A stretch of 63,668 nt of DNA, counting the filler, from Phoronis australis (taxonomy: Eukaryota > Animalia > Phoronida), in NCBI GenBank assembly GCA_002633005.1. It is 4 parts of 4 records of this genome, joined end to end, with 100 filler letters (N's around TTAATTAATTAA, not from the genome) between each part and the next. Parts side by side here need not be neighbours in the genome. Positions count along the whole stretch, not along the records: positions 57,914 to 63,668 come from NMRA01002278.1; 3 more parts are not named here. The stretch is one strand, 5' to 3'. This document shows positions 62,721-63,668 of this stretch, in pieces. Position 1 is the first letter of the stretch, and each line of letters begins with the position of its first letter. The translations under genes were made by a program, and so were the position numbers. A model generated the notes under the pieces. It was not told the origin of the DNA and ran no database searches. It was given only the letters and a program-made list of their open reading frames with translations.

Positions 62721-63198
62721 CTACAAAGATGCACGGCAGAATTCAGGATCAACAGGAAACATTCTGCCACTCTTTAGCATTGTGAACATAAAAGGTGCCT
62801 TTCGCTTGACCCAATTTCCAACTATGGCGTGCAGCATGGGCCGAGTTCATAGGGACAAAAAGCAATTTGTTTCATTCACGGATATTTTGACACGATTATC
62901 ATATTTACATGAATTGTCTGAATATCTGCCCGCGAAACATCGTCACTCTGATGGCATGATGGTTGCAAAGAATTTACAGATAAAAAGTGAGAAATACCTC
63001 ATTGCATAAACTCCATACAAGAATGTAAAACACTGCCCACCAACTACCCTAGCGCCATCTAGCAACAAGGCATACTTCATTGCATTGCAGCTACATCTGT
63101 TAGTGGCTATTGGCTGTACATAAGTGCTAACAGCACACAAAGGAGCTGGGTTTATCAATCATAATATCGAGGCATGTCGCACAGCCACTTCAACCTAC

Positions 63199-63337
63199 CG
63201 TGACAACCGTAGACCTCCCATCTGAGAGCTATGAACTTGTTGAATGTGTCTGGGTACAGGCGGATGTATCGGGCAGTGAATGGGCTCGACAGCAGGTACT
63301 TGCGAATAGTCTGCGCATCATTGTTGCCAGTAAAGAT
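63199..63337 (-). CDS. Mosaic lectin gene exon: C-terminal part of an F5/8 type C (discoidin) domain
   Basis: tttcag|exon|gtaggt, phase 0 to 1. Translates IFTGNNDAQTIRKYLLSSPFTARYIRLYPDTFNKFIALRWEVYGCH, matching the F.GN.D...ARYIR..P....LR.E.YGC end of F5/8C domains. Upstream exons were not found and probably lie outside the window. Confidence 0.92.
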
Positions 63338-63668
63338 CTGAAATACGTGTTCAATAAAATATTCTCAAAAGTAACTCTAAAGCGTGGTATACAGTGCAAA
63401 TAAGCCAAATATATTCAGACAAACTGACCCGGTATTCTCTGTTATGACTGCTGGATGGAAGCTGAATTCATTGTGAAAGTAGTCTTCCCTCATGACTGGG
63501 AATCAATGAGAATGAACAGGAAAGTAAGTAAGGTGCCAAAGTCATTCTGTACAAAGTCAAATATTTTTGCTGCCCTAAAAGTTATTACCACTAGTTTTTG
63601 CTATTAACAGAATTAGCAACCATGACAACAAGGAAAACCGTATTTTGTCAGATTACTTATGTCTTAAA

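Noticed and set aside
62557-63009. 150-aa plus-strand ORF
   Set aside because: Antisense shadow of the WSC exon and adjacent intron.

Overview
AT-rich, repeat-dense eukaryotic (metazoan, probably marine invertebrate) draft-scaffold DNA. It is not prokaryotic: there are GT-AG introns, three 100-nt N gaps carrying a TTAATTAATTAA linker, and about ten single-n contig joins. Most ORFs in the supplied track are spurious. Two host genes can be supported, both partial. (1) A plus-strand MFS transporter resembling MFSD4/NaGLT1, with two coding exons (52312-52434 and 54450-54732). (2) A minus-strand mosaic lectin with seven phase-compatible exons (63337 to 58736) encoding F5/8-C (discoidin) - WSC - CTLD (EPN/WND) - CTLD. 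Mobile DNA includes an internally deleted Kolobok transposon with TTAA TSDs, long TIRs and convergent KolX and THAP-transposase remnants (55264-56677), a second Kolobok DDE transposase pseudogene (46715-48200), a piggyBac transposase fossil (about 11170-11950), MITE-like and long-TIR elements, a tRNA-derived pol III/SINE head, a 185-bp palindromic tandem array, and a triplicated 1-2.5 kb segment that is partly an assembly artefact. The least explained region is the first ~10 kb. It is A-skewed, holds decayed paralogous acidic ORF motifs, and contains 2-3 copies of a ~75-nt tRNA-like three-way-junction motif that lacks a T arm. Covariation and G-U pairs suggest this motif is a structured RNA; one copy lies between 13-bp direct repeats and another lies beside a pol III unit. 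All family assignments are by eye; no searches were run.
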